This document shows positions 23,850 through 35,800 of a DNA stretch of 64,000 nt, piece after piece. Source of the stretch: Macrostomum lignano. Its lineage: Eukaryota. Numbering within the stretch: the stretch's first letter is position 1; every line of letters begins with the position of its first letter. The notes under the pieces were generated by a model, which had not been told where the DNA came from, searched no databases, and worked only from the letters and a program-made list of their open reading frames with translations. The DNA lies in assembly GCA_002269645.1 (NCBI GenBank), contig NIVC01002217.1, positions 1-64,000 of the forward strand. The letters are read 5' to 3'. The translations under genes and the position numbers were made by a program.

Positions 23850-26800
23850 CGTTTCTTGGTGCTCCTCCAAGGTTCAGGAACATTCCGTTTTTTCCTGACC
23901 CTATCGTCTGTGCCTTCTCTGACTTTCCATTCTAAGCATTCATCTGAGTGGGCCGGGGTATTCAAAATTGGATGTTTTGATACCGTTTCCGAGGACTAAT
24001 AATATTTCAGCTTCATGCTGGGGTCTCATTTAATACTCATTTTTATGAGTATGAGTGTCACAGTCATTGCTCACACAACTTATTACTATTCTTCATACAA
24101 AGTATGAATAGAATCTCTCATATCTAATCGAAGGTTGACGGATTTCAAACATGATTTTACAGCAGAGTCGCACAGAGCATTCACATTTAGGTTTCATAAG
24201 TACTTAAATATTAATAACAATTGATTACCTGCCCAATTGGGCCAGATGTGCAACCGACAGCTCAGCCGCTGTGCGCTGCGCATCTGAAGGCTGCGTACGG
24301 CTGTTCAGTCCAAGGACTGGGGGGTCGCCACGCACCCCCTCAACTACCCCAGCTAATGCTGGCACCCATTTTACAGCTGGGTGAACTGAAGCAATGCAGA
24401 GTTAAGTGTCTTGCTCAAGGACACAAATCGTTCCGTGGGATCAGGAATCGAACCCCCGACCTTCAAGTCTGAGTCGGACGCTCTAACCACTAGGCTACAA
24501 CCCTCAGCCGTAAAACAGTATCTAGGACCATTCGTTAACTGGTTCCTTGACATTAGTTACTGGTGCTAATTACGGCTACTTTATTTTACTCCTACTTTTC
24601 TGAAGGCTCATAGTTATGAGATAATTCTATTGATTTTTTGTTGATACTCGTCCTGCAAGCTTGGCTTCCAATAGTCGAACAGTTCCCAAAGCCATCTGCT
24701 GGGGGCCGGGGCAGAGAGCTTGTCCTGTCAGAAACGCAGTGGCCCATCGCCAAGCCCAAGAGCAAATATTTGCCGCCTATTCAAATCGGGAGAACACAGC
24801 GACTGCACTCTTAGCTGTTGCAGTGGACTGGCATTGTCAGGGATGAGATTTGGAGTGCCGCGATTCCTCAACTGGGTAGCGAGGGGGAGCTCTGGCTTGG
24901 ACTGCGTCCAACGGCTTCCTGCATCATAGGTTTAAGGCCTTACAGATTGATGTCAAACTAAGGTTGCGTGTCTAACAGGTTTGATACCTAGCAGTTTTGA
25001 TCTCTAACAGGTTTGATGTCTAACCGGTTTCGTGTCTAACCGGTTACGTCTAACCGGTTTCATGTCTAACCGGTTTCATGTCTAACCGGTTTCATGTCTA
25101 ACAGGTTTGATGTCTAACCGGTTTCATGTCTAGCCGATTTCGTGTCTAACAGGTTTCATGTCTAATAGGTTTCATGTCTAACAGGTTTCATGTCTAACCG
25201 GTTTCGTGTCTAACAGGTTTGATACCTAGCAGTTTTGATCTCTAACAGGTTTCATGTCTAACCGGTTTCATGTCTAACCGGTTTCATGTCTAACAGGTTT
25301 GATGTCCAACCGGTTTCATGTCTAGCCGATTTCGTGTCTAACAGGTTTCATGTCTAATAGGTTTCATGTCTAACAGGTTTGATGTCTAACCGGTTTCGTG
25401 TCTAACAGGTTTGATACCTAGCAGTTTTGATCTCTAACAGGTTTGATGTCTAGCCGGTTTCATGTCGAACAGTTTTCATGTCTAACAGGTTTGGTGTCTA
25501 ACAAATTTGATGTCTAACAGGTCTCTAGCTCACCGCAGATACTTGCGCTCCACCCGAACCCATCAGACTCTTCAAGCCGGACTGCGCACTGATTCGTCAG
25601 CGAGTTCGCGACGCTCGCAGCGATTGGCGCGGCCTGCTGGCCGGTTTGACCTACGCCGGGGTGCCGTGCGTCAACCAGGCCGCCACGCTGTACAACTTCG
25701 CCGACAGGGCCTGGCTGGTGAGCGAGGGGCCTCTCACAGAAGAGAATGTGAAGTAAAGATCTTACAGTGTACAGTACATCTAGAACTTCCAACTTGCATG
25801 TCCACGCGCACGGCAGACTCAAGGTGAAGAACCAGATACTGCTCCTGGCCTATCGTCTCTGCCTGTCCTCTCTGCCTGTCCTCTCTGCCTGTCCTCTCTG
25901 CCTGTCCTCTCTGCCTGTCCTCTCTGCCTGTCCTCTCTGCCTGTCCTCTCTGCCTGTCCTCTCTGCCTGTCCTCTCTGCCTGTCCTCTCTGCCTGTCCTC
26001 TCTGCCTGTCCTCTCTGCCTGTCCTCTCTGCCTGTCCTCTCTGCCTGTCCTCTCTGCCTGTCCTCTCTGCCTGTCCTCTCTGCCTGTCCTCTCTGCCTGT
26101 CCTCTCTGCCTGTCCTCTCTGCCTGTCCTCTCTGCCTGTCCTCTCTGCCTGTCCTCTCTGCCTGTCCTCTCTGCCTGTCCTCTCTGCCTGTCCTCTCTGC
26201 CTGTCCTCTCTGCCTGTCCTCTCTGCCTGTCCTCTCTGCCTGTCCTCTCTGCCTGTCCTCTCTGCCTGTCCTCTCTGCCTGTCCTCTCTGCCTGTCCTCT
26301 CTGCCTGTCCTCTCTGCCTGTCCTCTCTGCCTGTCCTCTCTGCCTGTCCTCTCTGCCTGTCCTCTCTGCCTGTCCTCTCTGCCTGTCCTCTCTCCCTGTC
26401 CTCTCTCCCTGTCTTCTCTCCCTGTCTTCTCTCCCTGTCCTCTCTCCCTACCTGTGTCTCTAGCTGTTTTTCCCTTTCCCTAAATCTACCTCACTCATTC
26501 TACTCTAAATTTTCCACGATGCTACTGTCAGTAGCCAGGATTGTGTATACTCTTTAGCCATGTTCGTGTTATAGGGAGGTGCGCAGTCTAAATTACTTTC
26601 TTGAGTACCCGGAGACAAGTAAACCCCGCTCGCATCAGAATATCCACTTAGCCAGTTGCTACACTGGAAATCCATTGCCCCCCTTTGCTCCAACAGTTCG
26701 CCAACCTGACGCGACTGCAGGCTCGAACAGGCGCCGAGGCCTTCCCGCTGATTGACCAGACCATCTATCTGGGACACCTGGACCTGGTAAGGTTTGCCGG

Positions 26801-29800
26801 CTGTTGTTGACAGGATTTGGCACTATTAGTCGCTTTAGCGGTCCGCGAAATTCAAGCAAAATTTCAGATTCTCACTAGCGATGTCTGCTAGGCGGATTTT
26901 CAAACAAATAATTCTGTAAACTGTAACTTTGATAAGGCTAAGCTCAATAGGGCAGTCCCTATCTAGCTAATGCATTTCGCAACGAAGGCACTGCTGTGCA
27001 GCTCCTGGCTGCTAACAGAACCGAAGAAAGATCTGCCGTTTCGCTTTCCGAGCAGCAGAACAAGCAGCCAATGAAGACAATTTTGCCGGAATGATGGGGC
27101 CGCTTCGCCTCTCGCTGAAAGCCTGTCGTTTCTTGCGCCGAGATAATTATTTTCTGTGCTTCTTTTCCAGCATCCGCGCTCCGTCATTGGGGGGAGGCGG
27201 GGGGGCTGGCTGTGGTTAATTAGTCCCGTGTCCGCGCGCGCTGTGCGTCCCTAGCAACGGGTGGGCACGAGTAAAGTGCAGAGCCTCACCGCTTCACCGT
27301 CCCAGGACCGCATTGTGTCCCAATGAATGATGCCTTCGCAGATTGGCATCGCGTGCAAGCGCCCGCTGGAGCTCACAGCTGAGTCCCAATTGAGCAGAGC
27401 TGGTTGGGGGGGGGGGGGCAGATTGCTTCTAGTAGCAAAAAATAGTCTGTTCGGAAGCACATCTGTTTCCGTCCCTTCGTCTCTTCTAGCCCGCATGTGT
27501 TCCATTCTGAACTTTCTTAATCTGGCCGCCCATATAGCCGTACGGAAATCCTGTGCTGTCTAGACTGATCCACTTCTGCCTACACAACTCCAGTGCTCAG
27601 TATTGATTTCGCATCGGCTGGGGATGCACTTTGCCACCCCAGGACTGGGCTCTGATTTTAATGCGATTCTTCACTGCAGAGTGCCGAACTTCAGCGAGCC
27701 CTGGGTTGGGCACCGTGCGAGAGAGAGTTCCAGAGAGTGGCGCGTGTTTTGGGCGGCATTAATCGATATTTTTGGGGATATGCGGAGAGATGGAAACAAC
27801 TAGGCAGAGTTTATAAAGATCATAGAGAGATCATAGAGAGATCATAGAGAGATCATAGAGAGATCAAAGAGAGATCATAGAGAAATCATGCGATTAGGTA
27901 GAAATTAAGGACAGATTAAAGGGAGTGACGAGAGAGATTTGGAGAGAGAAGGCAGAAATTGGGGACAGAGGACAGAGATTAGATAGAGATTAGATAGAGA
28001 TTAGATAGAGATAAGACAAAGATTAGACAGAGGTTAGCCAGAGATTAGATAGTGGTTAGACAAAGATTAGACAGAGATTAGATAGAGATTAGATAGAGAT
28101 TAGACAGAGATTAGATAGAGATTAGACAGAGATTAGACAGAGATTCGATGGAGATTAGATAGAGATTAGACAGAGATTAGATAGAGATTAGACAGAGATT
28201 AGACAAAGATTAACCAGAGATTAGATAGAGATTAGACAGAGATTAGACAGAGATTAGATAGAGATTAGACAGAGATTAGATAGAGATTAGACAGAGATTA
28301 GACAAAGATTAACCAGAGATTAGATAGAGATTAGACAGAGATTAGACAGAGGTTAGATAGAGATTAGACAGAGATTAGACAGAGATTAGACAAAGATTAG
28401 ACAGAGATTAGCCAGAGATTAGATAGAGATTAGATAGAGATTAGACAGAGATTAGCCAGATATTAGACAGAGATTAGACAGAGATTAGACAGAGATTAGA
28501 CAGAGATTAGATAGAGATTAGCCAGATATTAGACAGAGATTAGACAATGACCAGGGAGAGATCATAGATCAATTTAGCATTGCAGTTGTTGCCGCAGTTA
28601 AACCGGGGAATTTTTAAATCGGTAATTTTTCTATCCTGATTGGTCTGCCGATCAAGGGAGACGAGGGAGGGGGTCGAGCTGCCCAGACGCGAATTGGTTG
28701 GCCGCCTCAGGCTTGAATAGTTAGCCAACTCCCTTATGTTTACCGCTGGCGAGCAAATGCCACTTCTGCCGATGACTTCTAGACTGTTGGGTGCGGAGCT
28801 CCGCCCCCTATCTGCTTGCCGCCTCTCCTCCCTTCCCTCATCATATTTCTTTCCCCAGCAGATGGGGAGAAACTGTGCGCTACAGTGGCGGCACGCCCCC
28901 CCCCCTAAATCGATTTGGCGCAATTCCCACTCCCCCTCCCCCTGCTGGCTTGGGAGAAAACCGGCGGATGTTCTTTGAAGGGGCGAATGGGGATCGAATT
29001 AGGGAAGCCAGGCCTGCAGTATCCGACTCTCGAGCCATAACTTACATAGTAGAAGTGCCGAGTGAAGGTATTCATTTTATTTACTGTGAATTCAATAAGT
29101 CACTCTCGATGAAAACAGATCAATACAGCGTGCTCGATAGATAGCGTCTTTGGAACTCGTCAGTTTTTGCTCACTTGGTTATGATCGGACTCGTTTTTGC
29201 TCTGATTTGAGTCACTCTGCTCTGATTTGAGTCACTCTGCACTCATTTGAGTCACTCTGCACTCATTTGAGTCACTCTGCTCCCAATTGAGTCACTCTGC
29301 TCTGACTTGAGTCACTCTGCTCCCATTTGAGTCACTCTGCTCTGATTTGAGTCACTCTGCACTCATTTGAGTCACTCTGCACTCATTTGAGTCACTCTGC
29401 ACTCATTTGAGTCACTCTGCTCCCAATTGAGTCACTCTGCTCTGACTTGAGTCACTCTGCTCCCATTTGAGTCACTCTGCTCTGATTTGAGTCACTCTGC
29501 ACTCATTTGAGTCACTCTGCACTCATTTGAGTCACTCTGCACTCATTTGAGTCACTCTGCACTCATTTGAGTCACTCTGCTCCCAATTGAGTCACTCTGC
29601 TCTGACTTGAGTCACTCTGCTCCCATTTGAGTCACTCTGCACTCATTTGAGACACTTTTGCATTCATTTGAGTCACTCTGCTCCCATTTTAGTCACTCTG
29701 CTCCCATTTTAGTCACTCTGCTCCCATTTGAGTCACTCTGCTCTGATTTAAGTCATTCTACACTCATTTGAGTCACTCTGCTCCCATTTGAGTCACTCTG

Positions 29801-32800
29801 CTCCCATTTGAGTCACTCTGCTCCCATTTGAGCCACTCTGCAATCATTTGAGACACTTTTGCATTCATTTGAGTCATTCTGCTCCCATTTGAGTCACTCT
29901 GCACTCATTTGAGACACTTTTGCATTCATTTGAGTCACTCTGCTCCCATTTTAGTCACTCTGCTCCCATTTGAGTCACTCTGCTCTGATTTAAGTCACTC
30001 TACACTCATTTGAGTCACTCTGCTCCCATTTGAGTCACTCTGCTCCCATTTGAGTCACTCTGCTCCCATTTGAGCCACTCTGCAATCATTTGAGCCACTC
30101 TGCTCCCATTTGAGCCACTCTGCAATCATCAGAGTCACTCTGCAATCATTTAAGTCACTCTGCAATCATTTGAGCCACTCTGCAATCATCAGAGCCACTC
30201 TGCAATCATTTGAGCCACTCTGCAATCATTAGACTCTCAATGTCAGTTTCAATGAAAAAATATGACGGCCATTGATTTCCAAATTTATTTAATCAGTAAA
30301 AGACAAATTTGAATGCGCAAGATCCCTCATTTTCGAGGCCAACCAATCAGTTCGAAAATTATCATCTTCTGGTGTAATTTTAGCTCCTATGAATCACGAG
30401 GCGACTTGCGAGATCTGCGTGAACATCAATAGAGGTCTGAGACCGGGGCCTCCGAGACTCCGTCTGCACAGTTTATCTGTAGATTCCCTCTTCAATAAAA
30501 GTAGAATGAATACAGCAAAATAAAGCACACAGAGGCAGAGACCGACATACAAAAATAATGCAAAAAACATCAATCCGTACGGAGTAAGCGAGGTAAAACT
30601 GCTTGCAGAGAGAGAGAGCTAGTGTGAGGAAACGGCAAATACATCCATAATAATAATAGTAATAATAAATAAATAAATAATAACAGTAATAATAAAGATA
30701 GTAATAGTGTTTATAATAATAGTAATAATTACTAGTGTGATAACAATTATTACTATTATACTTACAATATTACTAAAGATTACTATAGATTAAAATACGC
30801 TCGTATTACTCTTATATATAGTAATAATATTATTACAATTAATAACAATATTAACAATAATAAGACAAAACAGCGTGGCAATGGTTTCGCGGCCAGCCTT
30901 AGCGGTACTCATTGAAAAGCGGCAATTGATGGAAAAACTTGAAGGGGACACCACACGGCTCGACAACTACTGGAAGAGATGAGCGAGCAAAAAATCCACG
31001 TTGCAAATGGGGAACTGCCCTAATATTTTTGGTTTCTGATTTGCTTTCACTGCTAATCTTAGCGGAGCCGCAAACCGGCATAAATGCACTTTAGAACTGA
31101 CTGAGCCTGATTCAAATCAGCGCGCTGTTTTGTTAAAAACAGTTCAATCCGTGCAGTGATTTCTAAATAAGACGACTAACTCTTGAGAACTTCAGACTCA
31201 AGCTTAACTACGATATTATTATTAAAGAAGTAATTTCATTTTGTCTACTGCGTATGGCGCTTCTGTAGGAGGAAAACACCAACGTAAGAGCTACACACTC
31301 TCAATAGAGACAGAGACAGGAGACAGAGAGAGAAAGACAGTCAGAGTGAATAAATTCTGAGAGTTAAGTCGGCCTATTACTCTTATCTTATATTCTTCTC
31401 TCATCCTATCCTATTCTGTTCACTATGTCATTCTTACATTACCTTTCATGAAATAAACGAAATCTATCAAAGCATTTCTGGGCTGCTGCCAATAATGGAT
31501 TTGCCTGTCGGAACAACTAAGAAATTTTCTTTTGCTATTGTTCGAGCTCGAAGGGTGCAGTGGGCGGTTGGATCAACAGAATAATATTAATCATTCAGAG
31601 GAAAATAACACCGATTTGTCGATAAAGTGTAACGTCCGGTTATTAATATTATTTGATTATGTTAGCGTGTAATGCCTCTGCGCTGGGCTTCAATTTGAAG
31701 ATTGCCTGTGGCGCATTTCTTGTAGCGCTTGGTGCTGGCAGTGTGCCAGGCGCAGCCTGCGGTCCGCCTGTAGGGGTCCCTGTAGTAGGCGCAGTAGGAG
31801 AAGCTGGTCAGGCACATGAAGTAGTCCCTGCTGGGGTCGAAGCTGCACGAATTCGCCTGTTCTGCCGTGACGTTTTTGATTGGTTGAAACAGTCTGTCCT
31901 CGATCTGATTGGGTTGCGAAGGAGGGGAGGTGCTGAGGGTATTGAGAGGCCGATCTGCTTAATGTATTTTGTTTATCTGCCCGATGCATTCATACATGTA
32001 TATCTGTGGAATGTGTTTGTCGATCTGTCGAATGTGTTTGTCGATCTGTCGAATGTGTTTGTCGATCTGTCGAATGTGTTTGTCGATCTGTCGAATGTGT
32101 TTGCTAGTGTGATGAATGTGTTTGTCAATGTATCGAATGTGTTTGTCAATGTGTTTAATGTGTTTGTCGATGTATTAAATGTGTTTCTCAATGTGTTGAA
32201 TGTGTTGAGTGTGTTTGTCAATGTGTTGAATGTGTTTTTCGATCTGTCTAATGTGTTTGTCAATGTATCTAATGTATTTGTCAATGTGTTTAATGTGTTT
32301 GTAGATGTATCGAATGTGTTTGTCAATGTGTTGAATGTGTTTTTTGATCTGTCTAATGTGTTTGTCAATGTATCTAATGTATTTGTCAATGTGTTTGATG
32401 TGTTTGTCAATGTATCGAATGTATTTGTCAATGTGTTTAATGTGTTTGTCGATGTATTGAATGTGTTTGTCAATGTGTTGAATGTATCTAATGCGTTTGT
32501 CAATGTGTTTAATGTGTGTCATTGTATCTAATGTGTTTGTCAATGTGTTTAATGTGTTTGTCAATGTATCTAATGTGTTTGTCAATGTGTTGAATGTGTT
32601 TTTTGATCTGTCGAATGTGTTTGTCAATGTGTTTAATGTGTTTGTCGATGTATTGAATGTGTTTGTCAATGTGTTTAATGTGTTTGTCGATGTATTGAAT
32701 GTGTTTGTCAATGTGTTGAATGTATCTAATGCGTTTGTCAATGTGTTTAATGTGTTTGTCAATGTATCTAATGTGTTTGTCAATGTGTTTATTGTGTTTG

Positions 32801-35800
32801 TCAATGTATCTAATGTGTTTGTCGATGTATCTAATGTGTTTAATGTGTTTGTCGATGCATCGAATGCGTTTGTCAATGTGTTGAATGTGTTCATCGATCT
32901 GCCACATTTCTTTGTAGATCTTCCTAATGTATGTATAATCTACCTAATAGGCTCGTCTATCTGTCTGATGTCCTCGATTTTCTTAATGTATCTGGTGATC
33001 CAATGCAAATGCTGGCAATGTTTCCGTCTACATGATGATCTTATAGCGAATAATACTTCGACGAAAAATTGAATTTGTTCATCCGCCTGCTCTTTATTTA
33101 ATTATCCAACTAATCCTTAATGGCATTATATTTGTATAAGTCTAGGGCGGATTATCCTAAACCGCCCTTCGGCCACTCCGATAAACGCACTTGTTCATTT
33201 TGGCAGCGGTCAGAAAAAAGGTTCCAAGCAGCGGAAATCGCACAGCCCCGTCCAGCCTCAATCTGTGTCGGCTGTATGAAGCGGAGGCTGGGCGCATTTT
33301 TCGCGCGCCTAAAAAACACACAAGTCTGAGATCCCGGCCTAGAGATAAGAAGTCCAGCGCCCGCCGCAGAAGCCACTCAATCAACCGGCTGATTCCACAA
33401 CTGCTAGCTGATAACCGCTGCTGACCCCCCCATGCCCCGCTGCTAGCCTGCAGATCAACTTTGGCTCGCTTTTCGGCTTCGGGTCACCCACTTCGGAGTC
33501 CCGCCTTGCTGCACACTTTCTCTGCGCTGCCCAGCCTTCAGTGCTGGCTGCTGAGCTTCTGCCAGCTTGGCACTTCGCCCGCTGTTGCTCGGGCTCCGTC
33601 TCTCTCTTCTCCCTCTCCCCCCTCACTTCCCTTCTCACTCTCCATTCTCACTCTCCTCTCTTACCCCCTCTCACTCCTCACTCACCCTCTCTCACCCTCC
33701 TCTCTCACCCCCTCTCACTCTCCTCTCTCACCCTCTCTCCCTATCATCATTCACTTCTCTCACTCCCCTCCTCTCCCTCTCACTCATCCTCTCACTCCCC
33801 TCTCACTCATCCTCTCACTCATCCTCTCACTCCCCTCTCACTCATCCTCTCACTCTCCCCTCACTCATCCTCTCACTCTCCCCTCACTCATCCTCTCACT
33901 CTCCCCTCACTCATCCTCTCACTCCCCTCTCACTCATACTCTCACTCCCCTCTCACTCATCCTCTCACTCCCCTCTCACTCATCCTCTCACTCCCCTCTC
34001 ACTCATACTCTCACTCCCCTCTCACTCATCCTCTCACTCCCCTCTCACTCATCCTCTCACTCCCCTCTCACTCATACTCTTACTCCCCTCTCACTCATAC
34101 TCTTACTTCCCTCTCACTCATCCTCTCACTCCCCTCTCACTCATCCTCTCACTCCCCTCTCACTCATCCTCTCACTCCCCTCTCACTCATCCTCTCACTC
34201 CCCTCTCACTCATTCTCTTACTCCCCTCTCACTCATACTCTTACTCCCCTCTCACTCATACTCTCACTCCCCTCTCACTCATACTCTTACTCCCCTCTCA
34301 CTCATACTCTTACTCCCCTCTCACTCATACTCTCACTCCCCTCTCACTCATCCTCTCACTCCCCTCTCACTCATCCTCTCACTCCTCTCTCACTCATCCT
34401 CTCACTCCCCTCTCACTCATTCTCTTACTCCCCTCTCACTCATACTCTTACTCCCCTCTCACTCATACTCTCACTCCCCTCTCACTCATACTCTTACTCC
34501 CCTCTCACTCATACTCTTACTCCCCTCTCACTCATACTCTCACTCCCCTCTCACTCATACTCTCACTCCCCTCTCACTCATACTCTCACTCCCCTCTCAC
34601 TCCTCCTTGAAGTTCGGCAGTGAAATGGGCCATATTGAACAAACTACAGATTAAACATATTCATTTCCTGGCGTTATTGACAGAGGATGGAATGTTGGTT
34701 TTCCAACATTAAAATTTCTATCATTTCTAAACTTGATTTGTTCTATTCTGAGGTAGGAAAAAGATTTTTTTCAAACAAATTTTTTTTTCGCATATTTTAT
34801 TAAATTGACTGCGTTGCAAAAAGTTAGGGTCGCTACAGTGTTTTTCTTCAAAAAATGTTCCACAAACAAGTTTTTATTAAAAAAAAATTTTCTGAACACG
34901 CAAAATTGCAGGCTGAATTCGATTTGTGCAACTTTTTCAACTAGCTATGCAATTATTTTAGCTAAAAAGTACGCTGTGGATATCGTAAAAAATTGTTCAT
35001 ATTCTGCAAATTCGTTCGAAAAAGGCAGCAGAAAATTTAATTTGAAATCGTAATTAAAAGTTTTCTCTTTTCTATTTGTTCGTTTGAAATCTCACTCCCA
35101 TCACTCAAATCTCACTCCAATTGCTCAATTCTCACTCCTATCGCTCAAATATCACTCCCATCACTCAAACCTCACTCCCATCACTCAAATCTCACTCCCA
35201 TCACTCAAATCTCACTCCCATCACTCAAATCTCACTCCCATCACTCAAATCTCACTCCCATCACTCAAACCTCACTCCCATCACTCAAATCTCACTCCCA
35301 TCACTCAAACCTCACTCCCATCACTCAAATCTCACTCCCATCACTCAAATCTCACTCCCATCACTCAAATCTCACTCCCATCACTCAAATTTCACTCCTA
35401 TTGCTCAAATATCACTCCCATCGCTCAAACCTCACTCCCATCACTCAAATCTCACTCCCATCACTCAAATTTCACTCCTATCGCTCAAATATCACTCCCA
35501 TCACTCAAACCTCACTCCCATCACTCAAATCTCACTCCCATCACTCAAATCTCACTCCTATCGCTCAAATCTCTCTCCCATCACTCAAATTTCACTCCTA
35601 TTGCTCAAATCTCACTCCCATCACTCAAATCTCACTCCCATCACTCAAATCTCACTCCAATTGCTCAATTCTCACTCCTATCGCTCAAATATCACTCCCA
35701 TCACTCAAACCTCACTCCCATCACTCAAATCTCACTCCCATCACTCAAATCTCACTCCCATCACTCAAATCTCACTCCCATCACTCAAATTTCACTCCTA

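Noticed and set aside
24740-24830. RLFKSGEHSDCTLSC resembling the start of a BTB domain
   Set aside because: The similarity covers only about 12 residues, does not continue, and has no supporting splice sites.
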